A stretch of DNA of 64,000 nt from Escherichia coli (GCF_001677475.2 NZ_CP015229.1), one strand, 5' to 3'; positions 47,638 to 61,967 are shown, counted from the first letter of the stretch. Numbers and translations are program-made. Notes: generated by a model from the sequence alone, not told the origin.

Positions 47638-47994
47638 ATGCAGTGGTATTTATCCGTATTAAAAAATTATGTTGGTTTCTCTGGTCGCGCACGTCGTAAA
47701 GAGTACTGGATGTTTACTCTGATTAACGCCATCGTCGGCGCTATTATCAATGTCATTCAATTGATTTTAGGTTTAGAGTTTCCATTCCTTTCTCTCATTT
47801 ACCTGGCAGCAACAATCATTCCGATCATTGCTCTGTGCGTTCGTCGTCTGCACGATACTGACCGTTCAGGTGCGTGGGCGCTTCTCTATCTGGTACCGAT
47901 CATTGGCTGGTTAGTTCTGTTTGTATTTGCCTGTTTAGAAGGCAATTCTGGCAGCAATCGTTACGGAAACGATCCGAAGTTTGGTTCAAATTAA
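47638..47994 (+). CDS. yhaI: DUF805 inner-membrane protein, tandem paralog of yhaH
   Basis: ORF in track; shares (W/Y)LxVLKNYVGFxGRARRKEYWMF and RRLHDTDRS blocks with yhaH. Confidence 0.8.
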   Translation: MQWYLSVLKNYVGFSGRARRKEYWMFTLINAIVGAIINVIQLILGLEFPFLSLIYLAATIIPIIALCVRRLHDTDRSGAWALLYLVPIIGWLVLFVFACLEGNSGSNRYGNDPKFGSN

Positions 47995-48044
47995 TCTTAG
48001 AATTGGGGCGATATTTCGCCCCTTTTTATTAACAATAACAAATA

Positions 48045-48941
48045 TTATTTTCCGCTAAAAAGTTTGGGAATTTCCCGCAGACACCAGGATTTCGCTTCCC
48101 CCATACTGTCACGACGCCAGGCCATAATAATATCGATCTCGCTGGTCGATTCCGGGCTGACGACACGCAACCGCCCTTCCGCAATATCTTTTTCGACCAT
48201 CGGATACGGCATCGTCGCCACGCCAAGCCCCGCCAGTAATGCCTGACGTTTATCTTCAATCGTGCTCACCGTTAAGCGCGGCTGTTTGTCCAGCAGCTGT
48301 ACGGTCAACACCGGGCGCTCACGCGCGGTATCCGCTACCGCAATTCCACGATATTTCACGCGCGTCACTTCAGATAACGGTTCCGGCTCCTGATGAATCG
48401 GGTGATCAGGCGCGGCAACGTAGACGTTCATTAAGGTATAGAGCTTTCGCGAGTTGATCTCCGACGAGGAACGAAAATGCATATCCGGCGCGATAACGAT
48501 ATCCGCCCGCCCCTGCTCCAGTCGTTCCCACGCCCCCGCCAGCACTTCGGTGATGATTGCCAGTTGGGTATTGGCTTTTGCCGCCAGTTTGTCAATTAAC
48601 GGGAAAAAGGCAGGTGTCGGTACCAGCGCTTCGGTCACAATGGTGAGATGCGTTTCCCAACCGCGTGCGAGAGCTTCCGCATCGGTAGTCAGTTTATCTG
48701 CGGCTTCCAGCAAAACGCGCCCTCGCTCCAGCAACATCCTCCCGACATTGGTGAATTTGGTGCGATGGCCCGAGCGGTCAAACAGCACCACATCCAGCTC
48801 TTCTTCCAGTTTTTGCATGGTGTAGCTAAGTGCTGAAGGCACGCGTCCCAGCTCATCCGCCGCCGCCGCAAAACTGCCCCGGCGATCGATCGCATCCATA
48901 ACCCGTAGTGCTTCCAGCGTTAATGCCCTTTCTTTGGCCAT
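48045..48941 (-). CDS. yhaJ: LysR-family transcriptional regulator
   Basis: ORF in track; N-terminal HTH. Confidence 0.85.
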   Translation of the reverse strand: MAKERALTLEALRVMDAIDRRGSFAAAADELGRVPSALSYTMQKLEEELDVVLFDRSGHRTKFTNVGRMLLERGRVLLEAADKLTTDAEALARGWETHLTIVTEALVPTPAFFPLIDKLAAKANTQLAIITEVLAGAWERLEQGRADIVIAPDMHFRSSSEINSRKLYTLMNVYVAAPDHPIHQEPEPLSEVTRVKYRGIAVADTARERPVLTVQLLDKQPRLTVSTIEDKRQALLAGLGVATMPYPMVEKDIAEGRLRVVSPESTSEIDIIMAWRRDSMGEAKSWCLREIPKLFSGK

Positions 48942-49045
48942 TTCGTTCTCATTCAGGAAATTTGAACATACCGGGCAGAATATCTGGCTAACAATGTAGC
49001 GTCCAGCCCCTTACCATAAAAGGAAGTAAAGAGAGGTCAAGAATT

Positions 49046-49747
49046 ATGATTACTACCCGAACTGCCAGGCAGTGTGGACAAGCAGACTACGGATGGTTGC
49101 AGGCCCGGTATACTTTTTCCTTTGGACACTACTTCGACCCGAAATTGTTAGGCTATGCCTCCCTGCGCGTGCTTAACCAGGAAGTGCTGGCCCCAAGTGC
49201 CGCCTTTCAGCCGCGAACCTATCCCAAAGTCGATATTTTAAATGTGATTCTGGATGGAGAAGCTGAGTATCGCGACAGCGAAGGCAATCATGTTCAGGCC
49301 TGCGCTGGTGAGGTGTTGCTGCTCTCTACCCAGCCGGGTGTCAGCTATAGCGAACACAATCTCAGCAAAGACAAACCGTTAACGCGAATGCAGCTTTGGC
49401 TGGATGCCTGCCCGCAGCGAGAGAATCCGCTGATTCGAAAGCTGGCGCTTAATATGGACAAGCAGCAATTAATCGCCTCGCCAGAGGGTGCGATGGGAAG
49501 CCTGCAATTGCGCCAGCAAGTATGGCTGCATCATATTGTGCTCGACAAAGGCGAAAGTGCGAATTTCCAGTTGCATGGACCACGCGCGTATTTGCAATCG
49601 ATTCACGGGAAATTTCATGCACTTACGCATCATGAAGAGAAAGCGGCGCTGACCTGCGGTGATGGGGCGTTTATTCGTGACGAGGCTAACATTACGCTGG
49701 TTGCCGATTCCCCACTGCGCGCTTTGCTGATAGATTTGCCTGTCTAG
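49046..49747 (+). CDS. yhaK: Pirin-like bicupin protein
   Basis: ORF in track. Confidence 0.85.
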   Translation: MITTRTARQCGQADYGWLQARYTFSFGHYFDPKLLGYASLRVLNQEVLAPSAAFQPRTYPKVDILNVILDGEAEYRDSEGNHVQACAGEVLLLSTQPGVSYSEHNLSKDKPLTRMQLWLDACPQRENPLIRKLALNMDKQQLIASPEGAMGSLQLRQQVWLHHIVLDKGESANFQLHGPRAYLQSIHGKFHALTHHEEKAALTCGDGAFIRDEANITLVADSPLRALLIDLPV

Positions 49748-49769
49748 TTGTTTTTACAGGGAGATGATG

Positions 49770-49934
49770 ATGAGTAAAAAATCGGCCAAAAAGCGTCAGC
49801 CAGTGAAGCCCGTGGTGGCGAAAGAACCTGCTCGCACCGCCAATAATTTTGGCTATGAAGAGATGTTGAGCGAGCTGGAAGCCATCGTCGCGGATGCTGA
49901 AACGCGTTTAGCCGAGGATGAAGCTACCGCGTAA
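49770..49934 (+). CDS. yhaL: Small protein YhaL (54 aa)
   Basis: Manual translation MSKKSAKKRQPVKPVVAKEPARTANNFGYEEMLSELEAIVADAETRLAEDEATA; below the track size cut-off. Confidence 0.6.
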   Translation: MSKKSAKKRQPVKPVVAKEPARTANNFGYEEMLSELEAIVADAETRLAEDEATA

Positions 49935-49942
49935 AGACAGGT

Positions 49943-50045
<103 letters not shown>

Positions 50046-50066
50046 ACGATACCCAAAACCTGGCGT

Positions 50067-51377
50067 TTATCTGGCCTTGCTCGCCATAATCTCGATAATC
50101 TGCCGATCCGTTTGCTGCATCGAATGGCTTGCTAACGCACACAGGTTGGCAATCGACTGCTCAACATCATGCGCCACAATCCCTTCATTGCCGGTCACGG
50201 CGGTATCATCCAGCGCCATTAACACCGCTTTCCACGCAGCCGAAGCACTGGTCGAAACCTTCATCGCGCAGCTGTTCGACGCTCCATCGCAAATCATGCC
50301 GCTGACATCGCCGATCATACTGCTGATCGCCATCGAGATGGTTTCATAACGCCCATCCACCAGCCATGCCATCCCGGCGGCGGCCCCCATTGCTGCGGTC
50401 GTTGCGGCACACAGCGCAGACAAACGCGGTAACTGGTTATGGATGTAAATCGCGCTCAAATGCGAAAGCATCAGCGCACGCGCCAACCTTTCATTATCGG
50501 CCCCGAAGTGTTCTGCTACCACCACCACGGGCATTGTTGCGGTGATCCCCTGGTTACCCGAGCCGGAGTTACTCATTGCCGGAAGCGTAGCGCCGCCCAT
50601 ACGCGCATCGGATGCCGCGCTGGTACGAATCACAATGGATGAAGAGAGATCTTTCGCCAGCAAACCGCGCGCGCACTGTTTTTCCAGCGTCGCACCAATA
50701 TGCAGCCCCCAGTTACCACTCAAACCTTCCTGCGATAACGCGCAATTTAGCTTCGCGGAATCGAGAATAAAGCGGATCGCCGCAAACGGGACTTCATTGA
50801 CGAACTTCAGGATCTCAGCCAGCGTCGTTCTGGAAAGCACCGATAGCGGAGACTCTTGCTCGCCCTCTGCCACACACGCCTGCTGGGTAAACACCACACC
50901 ATTGTGCGTCTCAATATGCACAATGTTGGTATGCCCGCCGACGATTGTGACACACGCCCACTTCTCACCGTTCCAGACTTTGGCGCGTGAGAAGAGGATT
51001 TCATCGCAAGGTTCCTGGATCTTAACTGAGACTTTCCCCGCCGCCAGCAGTGCTTTGGCATCGGCAATTGCCTGCGCTGTTGCGTCTTTCAGCACTTCCA
51101 GCCCGGCGTTAGCATTTCCACCTAACGCCCCCAGCGCCGCCGCAATCGGCAGCCCCACCATTCCCGTGCCGGGAACGGTGACGCCCAGACCGTTCTTCAT
51201 CAGATTTGGCGAAACCCAGGCTTCTACACGTTCAACCGGACCTTCCAGTTCTGCCGCAGCAACCGCCGCCGCCAGCGCCAGTGAAATCGGTTCAGTACAT
51301 CCCAGCGCCGGTTTTACTTCCTCCTGAACGGCGAGGATGTAACGCTGCCATAACGGATTTAAAGTCGAATCAAACAT
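50067..51377 (-). CDS. cyuA: L-cysteine desulfidase (YhaM/CyuA)
   Basis: ORF in track; matches K-12 YhaM. Confidence 0.85.
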   Translation of the reverse strand: MFDSTLNPLWQRYILAVQEEVKPALGCTEPISLALAAAVAAAELEGPVERVEAWVSPNLMKNGLGVTVPGTGMVGLPIAAALGALGGNANAGLEVLKDATAQAIADAKALLAAGKVSVKIQEPCDEILFSRAKVWNGEKWACVTIVGGHTNIVHIETHNGVVFTQQACVAEGEQESPLSVLSRTTLAEILKFVNEVPFAAIRFILDSAKLNCALSQEGLSGNWGLHIGATLEKQCARGLLAKDLSSSIVIRTSAASDARMGGATLPAMSNSGSGNQGITATMPVVVVAEHFGADNERLARALMLSHLSAIYIHNQLPRLSALCAATTAAMGAAAGMAWLVDGRYETISMAISSMIGDVSGMICDGASNSCAMKVSTSASAAWKAVLMALDDTAVTGNEGIVAHDVEQSIANLCALASHSMQQTDRQIIEIMASKAR

Positions 51378-51404
51378 ATTAAAAACCTTAAAATTTCAGG
51401 TAAA

Positions 51405-52736
51405 TCAAGAAAATGCCAGGAACGGAGAAACACAAAGCAACAAACCAGTGACGATAATCAGGTACAAAGACATCCCTTTGTATTTGTGCAATGCCGGTAC
51501 TTTGTAAACCAGCCACGCCGGGATCAGGCACCCTACCATGCCGAAAATCGGGCTACAGATAGAGGTGAAGCTCAACACCGGTGCGTTCAGTACGATGGCG
51601 CTCCAGGCCAGCAAAATGGCGAAAATCATGATGCCGCGCTGAACAAGATTTTCGTTAATCTTCTCGGCAGGCATCTTGCGACGCAGGATGTTCATTACGA
51701 TCCCTTGCGTTGCTTCGCGAAAGCCTAAATAGACGCCAAAGAATGCAGTCATGACAGCAAAGATATTGAGAATGACGCTGACCACTTTCACCCACGCTGC
51801 GCCGTCACCGCTAATAAACTGTGCGGCAATCGCCAGCGCGGAAATATTCTGCTCGTAGGCTTTTACCGCTTCGTCATGTCCCATCGCCAGCGTGAACGAC
51901 ACGGCGTAGAAAAAGACGGTGACAAACAAAATGCCAAACGCGATATTCATTGCCCGCAATGCTTTATGCCGCGCCACTTCAATCGATTTTTCCCGCGAGC
52001 GATAAGAGATCACCATCGGGCTTAACGTCTGGATAAACAGAATCGACGTCAGGGTAAACGGCAGCGTAATAATGGCGTTTTTCACCAGCAGCCCCAGCGG
52101 CGGTAGCGAACCGACGTTATACAGATGCCACATTCCCACCATCGACACGCCCAGCGCCGCGACCACCAGCAGCTTGGTCAGCACCATGCCGGTCGAAATT
52201 TTGAATAACAATTTCTCGCCGCGTGAAGAGATCGCCACCAGAATGCAAATCAGTACCAGGCCATAAAAGGGACTGTCTGACAGCAACCCTTCCGTCACGC
52301 CGAAGGTATGCAGGTAGGAAGCACTATCGTTGGTAATGGCGGTGGAATAGACGAACATCCAAATCACCAGCATTACGAAATAGAGTGCACCTAACAGGAT
52401 GCCCCAGTTTTTACCTAAATAACCGCTGATGACGCTCGGGTAATCTTTACATTCTGGTGATTCTGCCAGCGTATTAATAAACAATCGCTGAAACAGATAC
52501 ATTGCCGGGTAACCAATCACCGATGAGAGCAAAAATACCCATAATCCCATCAAACCGACCTGCACCGGGAGAAAAACAATCCCCGCGCCAATCGCCATCC
52601 CGATACTCATAATCACCCAGCCGGTGTCAGTACTGTCGAATTTGATCGCTTCTCGCCACTCGCTCTCACTCATTCCAGCACGACCCGCCGGGGTCGAAGC
52701 GTCTGCAATGACGCCTTTATTCGATGCAATTTCCAT
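51405..52736 (-). CDS. cyuP: Cysteine/serine transporter (YhaO/CyuP)
   Basis: ORF in track; multi-pass membrane protein. Confidence 0.85.
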   Translation of the reverse strand: MEIASNKGVIADASTPAGRAGMSESEWREAIKFDSTDTGWVIMSIGMAIGAGIVFLPVQVGLMGLWVFLLSSVIGYPAMYLFQRLFINTLAESPECKDYPSVISGYLGKNWGILLGALYFVMLVIWMFVYSTAITNDSASYLHTFGVTEGLLSDSPFYGLVLICILVAISSRGEKLLFKISTGMVLTKLLVVAALGVSMVGMWHLYNVGSLPPLGLLVKNAIITLPFTLTSILFIQTLSPMVISYRSREKSIEVARHKALRAMNIAFGILFVTVFFYAVSFTLAMGHDEAVKAYEQNISALAIAAQFISGDGAAWVKVVSVILNIFAVMTAFFGVYLGFREATQGIVMNILRRKMPAEKINENLVQRGIMIFAILLAWSAIVLNAPVLSFTSICSPIFGMVGCLIPAWLVYKVPALHKYKGMSLYLIIVTGLLLCVSPFLAFS

Positions 52737-53010
52737 AATTTCTCGCTCAATATTTTGTAGGGCTTATTATTTTTTTCCGAGCCGCATCAAGGCGATATGC
52801 GGTCTACGTTTTTGCAGGCGAGTTATTAGAATAAAGAAATGATACGCGCGAGGTCAGAGAAAATCTTCACAATCAAGACTTTGAAATAACGGAGATGGAT
52901 AAGAATTTTCTACTAAATTAATCGCAAGAGAATATTCATTCTCTATTTGCGGCAGATCACAAAAAAAAGGTGCACATTTGTGCACCCAAGGATGAAAGCT
53001 GACAGCAATG

Positions 53011-54375
53011 TCAGCCGCAGACCACTTTAATGGCCAGTCCTCCGCGTGATGTTTCGCGGTATTTATCGTTCATATCTTTGCCGGTTTCATACATCGTCTC
53101 GATCACTTTATCGAGTGAAACACGCGGTGCCGAGGTGCGGCGCATCGCCATCCGCGCGGCGTTTACTGCTTTCACGGCATTAATGGCATTACGTTCAATG
53201 CACGGGATTTGTACCTGTCCAGCAACCGGATCGCAGGTCAGCCCAAGGTTATGCTCCATCGCGATTTCCGCCGCATTGCATACCTGCGCCGGACTGCCGC
53301 CCAGTAGTTCAGTTAACCCTGCCGCCGCCATTGAACAGGCCACGCCAATCTCCCCCTGACAGCCGACCTCCGCGCCAGAGATGGAGGCGTTCATTTTATA
53401 CAGCGCGCCAATAGCCCCGGCTGCAAGAAAATAGCGGGCAATTGACCGCTCGTTTACCGGGCGACGGAACTTATCGTAATAAGCCAGCACTGCCGGAATA
53501 ATGCCGCACGCACCGTTAGTCGGTGCCGTTACCACACGCCCGCCAGCTGCGTTTTCTTCACTAACCGCCAGCGCGTACATATTGATCCAGTCGATGACAT
53601 TCATCGGATCGTTAGAGATGTTATCGCTGGAAACCAGCTGACGACGCAGCGCTACGGCACGACGCGGCACATTGAGCGGACCAGGCAGCACGCCTTCAGT
53701 GTTCATCCCGCGTTCAATACCGTCATGCATCACTTGCCAGATACGGGCAAACCCTGCGTCAATTTCCGCTTTGCTGCGCAGCGCCAGCTCGTTGTGCATC
53801 ATCAGGCCAGATATAGACAGGCCGTTGTAATCACACATTTTCAGCAGTTCACCTGCTGAGTGGAAATCGTAAGGTACGGACGTTTCGACATCGTGCGACA
53901 GGCCGAAGTGTTCTTCTTCGACAATAAACCCGCCGCCGACAGAGTAATAGGTTTTACTTAATAGCGCTTCCTGTCCCTTCCAGGCAGTGATCCGCATTCC
54001 GTTCTCATGGCGAGGCAACATTTCGGGATGGAAGATAATGTTCTTTGCTACAGGAAAATCAACAATATGCGCACCAGATGCCACTGGCAGCCGCCCGCTG
54101 CGCGTTACTAACTCTATAAATGCAGGGATCTCATCAATGACAACATCCTGCGGACTGTTTCCTGCCAGTCCCATGATAATGGCGACATCCGTGGCATGGC
54201 CTTTGCCCGTCAGTGACAACGACCCGTACAGATCGACCACAATATGGCTCGTCGCGGTTAATAAGCCGCTACTTTCCAGCCGATCAATAAAACTTTTTCC
54301 GGCATTCATTGGCCCCACGGTATGCGAACTGGAGAGACCAATCCCAATTTTGAAAATATCGAATGCACTAATCAT
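53011..54375 (-). CDS. tdcG: L-serine dehydratase (Fe-S); start set at [11 protein letters not shown]
   Basis: Track ORF 53011..54381. Confidence 0.85.
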   Translation of the reverse strand: MISAFDIFKIGIGLSSSHTVGPMNAGKSFIDRLESSGLLTATSHIVVDLYGSLSLTGKGHATDVAIIMGLAGNSPQDVVIDEIPAFIELVTRSGRLPVASGAHIVDFPVAKNIIFHPEMLPRHENGMRITAWKGQEALLSKTYYSVGGGFIVEEEHFGLSHDVETSVPYDFHSAGELLKMCDYNGLSISGLMMHNELALRSKAEIDAGFARIWQVMHDGIERGMNTEGVLPGPLNVPRRAVALRRQLVSSDNISNDPMNVIDWINMYALAVSEENAAGGRVVTAPTNGACGIIPAVLAYYDKFRRPVNERSIARYFLAAGAIGALYKMNASISGAEVGCQGEIGVACSMAAAGLTELLGGSPAQVCNAAEIAMEHNLGLTCDPVAGQVQIPCIERNAINAVKAVNAARMAMRRTSAPRVSLDKVIETMYETGKDMNDKYRETSRGGLAIKVVCG

Positions 54376-54446
54376 ATCCACACCCTCGGATTGCCGTTCA
54401 GTGAAGTGGAGCGGAACGACCTTGCGACCATCCCGCTCACGAGGCT

Positions 54447-54836
54447 TTACGCACTACGTACTGCGATGGCTTCAATTTCCAGCTTCACATCTTTCGGCAA
54501 ACGCGCGACCTGCACACAGCTCCGGGTCGGGTAGGTCGCCTGATGCTCATCGAAGAACTGCTTATAGACTTCATTGATGGTGGCAAAATCATTCAGATCG
54601 GTGATGAACACGGTCATCTTGATGATATCACCCACGCTCAGCCCGGCAGCAACCACGATCGCTTTGACGTTTTCGAGGCTTAAACGCGCCTGATCTTGCA
54701 CATCAGCCGGGATCTCACCGGTCTGTGGGCAAACCGGAATTTGCCCGGAGGTGAAGACCATGCTGCCTAAATCAACGCCCTGAACATAAGGGCCGATTGC
54801 GCCTGGGGCACGTTGCGTTTCGATAATCTTTTTCAT
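54447..54836 (-). CDS. tdcF: RidA-family enamine/imine deaminase; start set at MKKIIETQRAPG (129 aa)
   Basis: Track ORF 54447..54899 has an upstream extension. Confidence 0.85.
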   Translation of the reverse strand: MKKIIETQRAPGAIGPYVQGVDLGSMVFTSGQIPVCPQTGEIPADVQDQARLSLENVKAIVVAAGLSVGDIIKMTVFITDLNDFATINEVYKQFFDEHQATYPTRSCVQVARLPKDVKLEIEAIAVRSA

Positions 54837-54849
54837 ACATCCTCCGGCG

Positions 54850-57144
54850 TCAGAGCGCCTGGGTAAAGGTACGTGAAATAACATCCTGTTGCTGTTCACG
54901 GGTCAGTGCGTTGAAGCGCACGGCGTAGCCAGAGACACGGATTGTCAGGTTAGGATATTTTTCCGGGTGCTCGATGGCATCCAGCAGCATTTCCCGATTC
55001 ATTACGTTGACGTTGAGGTGTTGACCGCCTTCGACATCCGCTTCGTGGTGGAAATACCCATCCAGCAGGCCGACAAGGTTGGTTTTACGTACTGGATCTT
55101 CTTTGCCCAGCGCCGCAGGCACGATCGAGAAGGTGTACGAGATCCCGTCTTTGGCGTAGGTGAACGGCAGTTTGGCCACCGACGTCAGCGAGGCTACCGC
55201 ACCTTTGCGGTCACGACCGTGCATCGGGTTAGCGCCCGGTGCGAACGGTGTACCCGCGCGACGACCGTCTGGCGTGTTACCGGTTTTCTGGCCGTACACC
55301 ACGTTAGAAGTGATAGTCAGAATCGACTGGGTGGGGACGGCGTTGCGATAGGTTGGCAGCGCTTTAATTTTCTTCATAAAGCGTTCAACCAGGTCGCAGG
55401 CAATACTGTCTACGCGCTCGTCGTTGTTGCCGTACTGCGGATATTCGCCGTCGATTTCAAAGTCCACCGCCAGGCCGTTTTCGTCACGGATTGGTTTCAC
55501 GCGGGCATATTTGATAGCGGACAGGGAGTCTGTTGCCACCGACAGGCCCGCGATGCCGCACGCCATCGTGCGATAGACATCACGATCGTGTAGCGCCATC
55601 AGCGAAGCTTCGTAGCTGTACTTGTCGTGCATGTAGTGAATGATATTCAGCGCGCTGATGTACTGCACCGCCAGCCAGTCCATGAAGTGATCGAGACTGT
55701 CCATCACTTTGTCGTAATCCAGCACGTCGTCCATCAGCGGTGCCATTTTCGGACCGACCTGAATCTTCAGCTTCTCATCCACCCCGCCGTTAATTGCGTA
55801 CAGCAGCGTTTTCGCCAGGTTAGCGCGTGCACCAAAGAACTGCATTTGCTTACCAATCACCATTGGGCTGACGCAGCAGGCAATCGCGTAATCGTCGCTG
55901 TTGAAGTCAGTGCGCATCAGATCGTCGTTTTCATACTGCAAGGAAGAGGTGACGATCGACACCTGCGCGGCATATTTTTTGAAGGCAATCGGTAATTCTT
56001 CCGACCAAAGAATGGTCAGGTTAGGTTCCGGTGCAGGCCCCATAGTGTGCAGGGTGTGCAAATAGCGGAAGGAGTTTTTGGTCACCAGCGTACGACCGTC
56101 CAGCCCCATCCCGCCGATCACTTCCGTCGCCCAGATGGGGTCGCCGGAGAACAGCGAATCAAATTCCGGTGTACGCAGGAAGCGTACCATACGGATCTTC
56201 ATGATGAAGTGATCGATCAGTTCCTGTGCCTGCTGCTCATTGAGGACGCCAGCTTTAAAGTCGCGCTCAATGTAGATATCGAGGAACGATGCCGTGCGCC
56301 CCAGCGACATCGCGCCGCCATTTTGCGATTTCACTGCCGCCAGATAAGCGAAGTAGAGCCACTGCACCGCTTCCTGTGCATTCTGCGCCGGGCGAGAGAT
56401 ATCAAAGCCATATTTCGCCGCCATTTCCTGAATCTGCAACAGCGCATGACGATGCTCTGCCAGCTCCTCACGCAGACGGATGGTGGCTTCCAGATCCTCG
56501 CCTTTTTCCAGACGAGACTGGAGATCGGCAAATTGCAGTTCGCGTTCACGTACCAGATAACTGATGCCATACAGCGCTACGCGGCGATAGTCACCGATAA
56601 TGCGCCCACGGCCATAGCCATCTGGTAAACCGGTCAGCACGCCAGATTTACGGCAGCGCAGCATATCCGGTGAGTAAACATCAAATACACCCTGGTTATG
56701 GGTTTTACGCAGATCGGTAAACAGATATTCAAATTCACTGTCCATTTCACGGCCATAGGCGTGGAATGAACTTTTAATCATATTAATGCCACCGAACGGA
56801 TGCAGCGCACGCTTTAATGGCGCATCCGTTTGCAGGCCCACTATTTTTTCCAGCGGCTGGTTAATATATCCCGCATCATGAGCGGTAATGGTGGTAGCAA
56901 TATTAGTATCGAAATCAACCGGCGCGTGGGTTGCGTTTTCGATACGAATGCCTTCCATCACTTTTTCCCACAATTCCGTGGTGGCTGGCGTCGCTTCGGC
57001 GAGAAAAGATTCATCACCTTCATACGGTGTATAGTTATGTTGAATAAAATCGCGGACATTAATTTCGTTTTTCCAGTCCGTACCTTTAAAGCCAAGCCAT
57101 GCGTCGGCGTACAGCTTATCGCTGGTATCAATATCTACCTTCAT
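54850..57144 (-). CDS. tdcE: 2-ketobutyrate/pyruvate formate-lyase (glycyl radical enzyme)
   Basis: ORF in track; C-terminal glycyl-radical motif RVSGYAV. Confidence 0.9.
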   Translation of the reverse strand: MKVDIDTSDKLYADAWLGFKGTDWKNEINVRDFIQHNYTPYEGDESFLAEATPATTELWEKVMEGIRIENATHAPVDFDTNIATTITAHDAGYINQPLEKIVGLQTDAPLKRALHPFGGINMIKSSFHAYGREMDSEFEYLFTDLRKTHNQGVFDVYSPDMLRCRKSGVLTGLPDGYGRGRIIGDYRRVALYGISYLVRERELQFADLQSRLEKGEDLEATIRLREELAEHRHALLQIQEMAAKYGFDISRPAQNAQEAVQWLYFAYLAAVKSQNGGAMSLGRTASFLDIYIERDFKAGVLNEQQAQELIDHFIMKIRMVRFLRTPEFDSLFSGDPIWATEVIGGMGLDGRTLVTKNSFRYLHTLHTMGPAPEPNLTILWSEELPIAFKKYAAQVSIVTSSLQYENDDLMRTDFNSDDYAIACCVSPMVIGKQMQFFGARANLAKTLLYAINGGVDEKLKIQVGPKMAPLMDDVLDYDKVMDSLDHFMDWLAVQYISALNIIHYMHDKYSYEASLMALHDRDVYRTMACGIAGLSVATDSLSAIKYARVKPIRDENGLAVDFEIDGEYPQYGNNDERVDSIACDLVERFMKKIKALPTYRNAVPTQSILTITSNVVYGQKTGNTPDGRRAGTPFAPGANPMHGRDRKGAVASLTSVAKLPFTYAKDGISYTFSIVPAALGKEDPVRKTNLVGLLDGYFHHEADVEGGQHLNVNVMNREMLLDAIEHPEKYPNLTIRVSGYAVRFNALTREQQQDVISRTFTQAL

Positions 57145-57177
57145 GAAAAATAATCTCTCTACAATACTTCAACTAAA

Positions 57178-58386
57178 TTATGCAAATTCTGCGGGCGCGT
57201 TCACTTTGCCTAAATGAATGGCATCCAAAGCAATCATTTTTTCTTCGTTGGTTGGGATAACGGCGCAAATGACACGCGCATTTTCACTGGAAACAATTCG
57301 CTCTCCACAGGAGTTAGAGCGATTATTCATTTCTGTATCAATCTCTACGCCTAATACAGCCAAATGTTCCATGACCAGACGACGAATTAAACTTGAATTT
57401 TCTCCTATTCCGCCGGTGAATATAATTCCATCCAGGCGACGTAATGAGGCTGCGTGTCCGGCAATATGACGGGCAATTCGGTGAACAAAGGTTTTAATTG
57501 CCAGTTGCGCGCGTTCGTGACCTTCATGCCAGGCTTTTTCCAGAACACGTAAATCCGAAGAAAGACCGGAAATACCTAATAACCCCGACTCTTTATTCAC
57601 TACGCGTTCCAGGTCACCCAGGCTCTGGTTGGTTTGGCTGGCGACCCAGGACATCGCACCAAAGTCGACATCACCACTGCGGGTACCCATCATCAAGCCT
57701 TCCAGCGGCGTCATTCCCATTGAAGTGTCAACACTCTGACCGTTGCGAACTGCGCAGATTGACGCGCCATTGCCAAGATGCGCCACAACCAGGCCGGAGT
57801 CATCTTCCGCCAGATTCAGCAAAGAATGTGCGCGCTGGGAAACATAGCGGTGCGACGTGCCGTGGAAACCATAACGGCGTACACCTAACTCTTCATAATA
57901 TTTCCACGGCAGGCCGTATAAATAAGCTTCCGGAGCCATCGTCTGGTGGAAACTGGTATCAAATACCGCCACCTGAGTTACGCCAGGAAATAATTGCTGT
58001 GCCGATTCAATACCACTTAAATTGGCGTAATTATGCAGGGGTGCCAGTGGAGAAACGCGACGGATATTATCAATGACTTCATCGGTAATAATGGCAGACT
58101 CGGTAAAAATACTGCCGCCGTGAGCGATGCGGTGGCCAATTAAGGCCACACTGTCATTTAAATTCCGTTTTTCCAGTTCAAATGCAATTGCCTTCAATGC
58201 ACCTTCGTAGCTGTGGTGAGCCAGCGGTGCTGGCTCTCCCCCATTTACGGATAAGAATGCATTTTCCGAGTTAATACCGTCGGCAATACCTGACATTAAT
58301 ACTTCACAGTCGCTGGCATCGAGTACGGAAAACTTAATCGAAGACGAACCACAGTTAATAACCAAAACAACCGGAAATTCATTCAT
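57178..58386 (-). CDS. tdcD: Propionate/acetate kinase; start set at [16 protein letters not shown]
   Basis: Track ORF 57178..58398. Confidence 0.9.
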   Translation of the reverse strand: MNEFPVVLVINCGSSSIKFSVLDASDCEVLMSGIADGINSENAFLSVNGGEPAPLAHHSYEGALKAIAFELEKRNLNDSVALIGHRIAHGGSIFTESAIITDEVIDNIRRVSPLAPLHNYANLSGIESAQQLFPGVTQVAVFDTSFHQTMAPEAYLYGLPWKYYEELGVRRYGFHGTSHRYVSQRAHSLLNLAEDDSGLVVAHLGNGASICAVRNGQSVDTSMGMTPLEGLMMGTRSGDVDFGAMSWVASQTNQSLGDLERVVNKESGLLGISGLSSDLRVLEKAWHEGHERAQLAIKTFVHRIARHIAGHAASLRRLDGIIFTGGIGENSSLIRRLVMEHLAVLGVEIDTEMNNRSNSCGERIVSSENARVICAVIPTNEEKMIALDAIHLGKVNAPAEFA

Positions 58387-58411
58387 CTCTTTTCTCATCC
58401 TGAGTTACGGA

Positions 58412-59746
<1,335 letters not shown>

Positions 59747-59764
59747 CTATCCTCAACGAATTAA

Positions 59765-60754
59765 TTAAGCGTCAACGAAACCGGTGATTTGAGAGACGCG
59801 AGAAAGATCGATATTGCCGCCGGAAATAATACTGACGGTTTTTCTGTTTTGAATATATTGGTCTAATTTACCGCTTAATAATGCAGCACATGCCAGAGCG
59901 CCTGCGCCTTCGGTGACGACTTTATTGCGCTGAATTAAGGCAATCATACTGTTTCTGATTTCGTCTTCGCTGACCAGCACGATGTCATCGACTAATTCAC
60001 GAACGATTTCGTAAGTTAAATTACCCGGGCGGGCGACATCACAACCATCCGCCAGGGTGCCGGTAGTTCGGTGCGTAGTTATTTCTCCGGAGTGGAAAGA
60101 AGCCGCCATGCCGTGAACGTTTTCTGACTGTACGCCAATAACACGAATGGTCGGGTTAATAGATTTAATTGCCACCGCAATACCAGCAATTAAACCGCCA
60201 CCACCAATTGGCACAATCACGTTATCGACATCATAGAGATCTTCCATAATTTCCAGACCAATCGTTCCCTGGCCAGCAATCACTTTCGGATCATCGTAAG
60301 GTGGGATAAAAATACGGCCTTCCATTTCGACAATTTCGCTCACTTTAGCGATAGTGTCGTTGAAGTTATCACCATGCAGAACGACTTCAGCGGAGTAGTC
60401 GCACGTTGCCGCTACTTTGGATTTTGGCGCACCTTTTGGCATCACCACTTTACCGTCGATACCCAGCATCGCGCAGGAGAGGGAAACCCCTTGCGCATGG
60501 TTGCCCGCAGAACAGGCCACCACGCCTTTGCGTTTTTCCGCATCGGTCAGTGAACTTAATTTATTAAATGCGCCACGAATTTTAAATGAACCCGTACGCT
60601 GCATATTTTCAAACTTCAGGAATATTTCACCTTTGCAACGTTCACTAAAATAGTTGGAGCGAGGCATGCCTGTTTTATAAATTCGCCCAGCCAGTCGTTG
60701 TTTCGCTTCAATAATGTCATCAATAGCAACCGGCAGATCGTATGTAATATGCAT
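59765..60754 (-). CDS. tdcB: Catabolic threonine dehydratase (PLP)
   Basis: ORF in track; PLP-lysine motif SFKIRGA. Confidence 0.9.
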   Translation of the reverse strand: MHITYDLPVAIDDIIEAKQRLAGRIYKTGMPRSNYFSERCKGEIFLKFENMQRTGSFKIRGAFNKLSSLTDAEKRKGVVACSAGNHAQGVSLSCAMLGIDGKVVMPKGAPKSKVAATCDYSAEVVLHGDNFNDTIAKVSEIVEMEGRIFIPPYDDPKVIAGQGTIGLEIMEDLYDVDNVIVPIGGGGLIAGIAVAIKSINPTIRVIGVQSENVHGMAASFHSGEITTHRTTGTLADGCDVARPGNLTYEIVRELVDDIVLVSEDEIRNSMIALIQRNKVVTEGAGALACAALLSGKLDQYIQNRKTVSIISGGNIDLSRVSQITGFVDA

Positions 60755-60852
60755 TATAAAACCTCTTCGCCTGAATTAAATATGTAGGTAACCGTAACCG
60801 ACACCTGCAAAACAGACAGGTGGATTATTTATGTTTAAATAAAAACAAATAA

Positions 60853-61791
60853 CTAACCAACTTCTATTAATTGCCTTCGTCTACACCCATTATAAGATGA
60901 ATACTCTTTGGCTAATTCCACCAAAACCGATGCTGCTTTTTTAATACGATAATTTTTCGACCATACCGCGGCATATTGTGCCACAGGTAATGTTTCTTCA
61001 ACCGGAATAGTAATAAATTGATTAGAACCAAAAGGTGACGTCATATCACAAGGAATTACAGTTAAGAAATCAGCATTGAGAACAAGATTATAAATTGTCA
61101 CGACTGAGTCGGTTTTAACGATGTTTTCAATACTGATGCCATTTCTTTGTAACGTAGTAAGCAGTTCGCTGTAGTACCCCATATTAGTTTGTGGCAACAC
61201 CCACTGTTCGTTCTTCAACGACTCCAGCGTGGTGGTGCCGGTGCATGTTCGGGACTTACTGGCTACCAGTACAAACTCGGACTCAAACAGCGGCTCAACA
61301 TGTAAATCCTGAAGCTTCATTTCTGCACTTAACGTACCAATCGCAAAATCCAGTCGACCGTCGCGGATTGCCGGTAAGAACGAAGACAGTTGCGCTTCAT
61401 ACATAGAAACCTGCGCTTTCGGGAACACCTCTTTGAACTTGTTGATCATCCCTGACATAAAAGTAAAACCAATCAATGAAGGAAAACCAAATGAAACTTC
61501 CACCACCGCCTCAGAAGACATACCGCTTATCTCATTAACCATATTTTTCATTTCACGGGTAATGGATTCGGAACGGGAGAGTAACAATTGACCGGCATGT
61601 GTTAATGTTACACCGGTATTTTTCCGCACCACTAATTCCACACCAAAATAATCTTCAATATCGTTAATGATTTTACTGACGGCTGGTTGAGTTAACCCTA
61701 ATTCTTTTGCAGCCGAGCCGATAGAGCCACTTCTAATGACTTCCTGAAAGACTACCAGGTGCTGCGTTTTCGGAAGAAGAATAGTGCTCAT
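60853..61791 (-). CDS. tdcA: LysR-family activator of the tdc operon
   Basis: ORF in track. Confidence 0.9.
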   Translation of the reverse strand: MSTILLPKTQHLVVFQEVIRSGSIGSAAKELGLTQPAVSKIINDIEDYFGVELVVRKNTGVTLTHAGQLLLSRSESITREMKNMVNEISGMSSEAVVEVSFGFPSLIGFTFMSGMINKFKEVFPKAQVSMYEAQLSSFLPAIRDGRLDFAIGTLSAEMKLQDLHVEPLFESEFVLVASKSRTCTGTTTLESLKNEQWVLPQTNMGYYSELLTTLQRNGISIENIVKTDSVVTIYNLVLNADFLTVIPCDMTSPFGSNQFITIPVEETLPVAQYAAVWSKNYRIKKAASVLVELAKEYSSYNGCRRRQLIEVG

Positions 61792-61967
61792 AACGACCTA
61801 CGTTAATTACCTCATTGACGGCATGAAGTGTATCAAAATGAAATGAACAGGATATGTGCGACCACTCACAAATTAACTTTCAATACTTTCCAGGGTATCG
61901 TTATTACAATTAAATACCTTTAAATATCAACAAGTTAAAGTATAAAAATCAGCATAAAGCCTGATTT

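Noticed and set aside
50542-51327. 261-aa plus-strand ORF inside cyuA (yhaM)
   Set aside because: Antisense shadow ORF with Ser/Ala/Pro-rich low-complexity translation.
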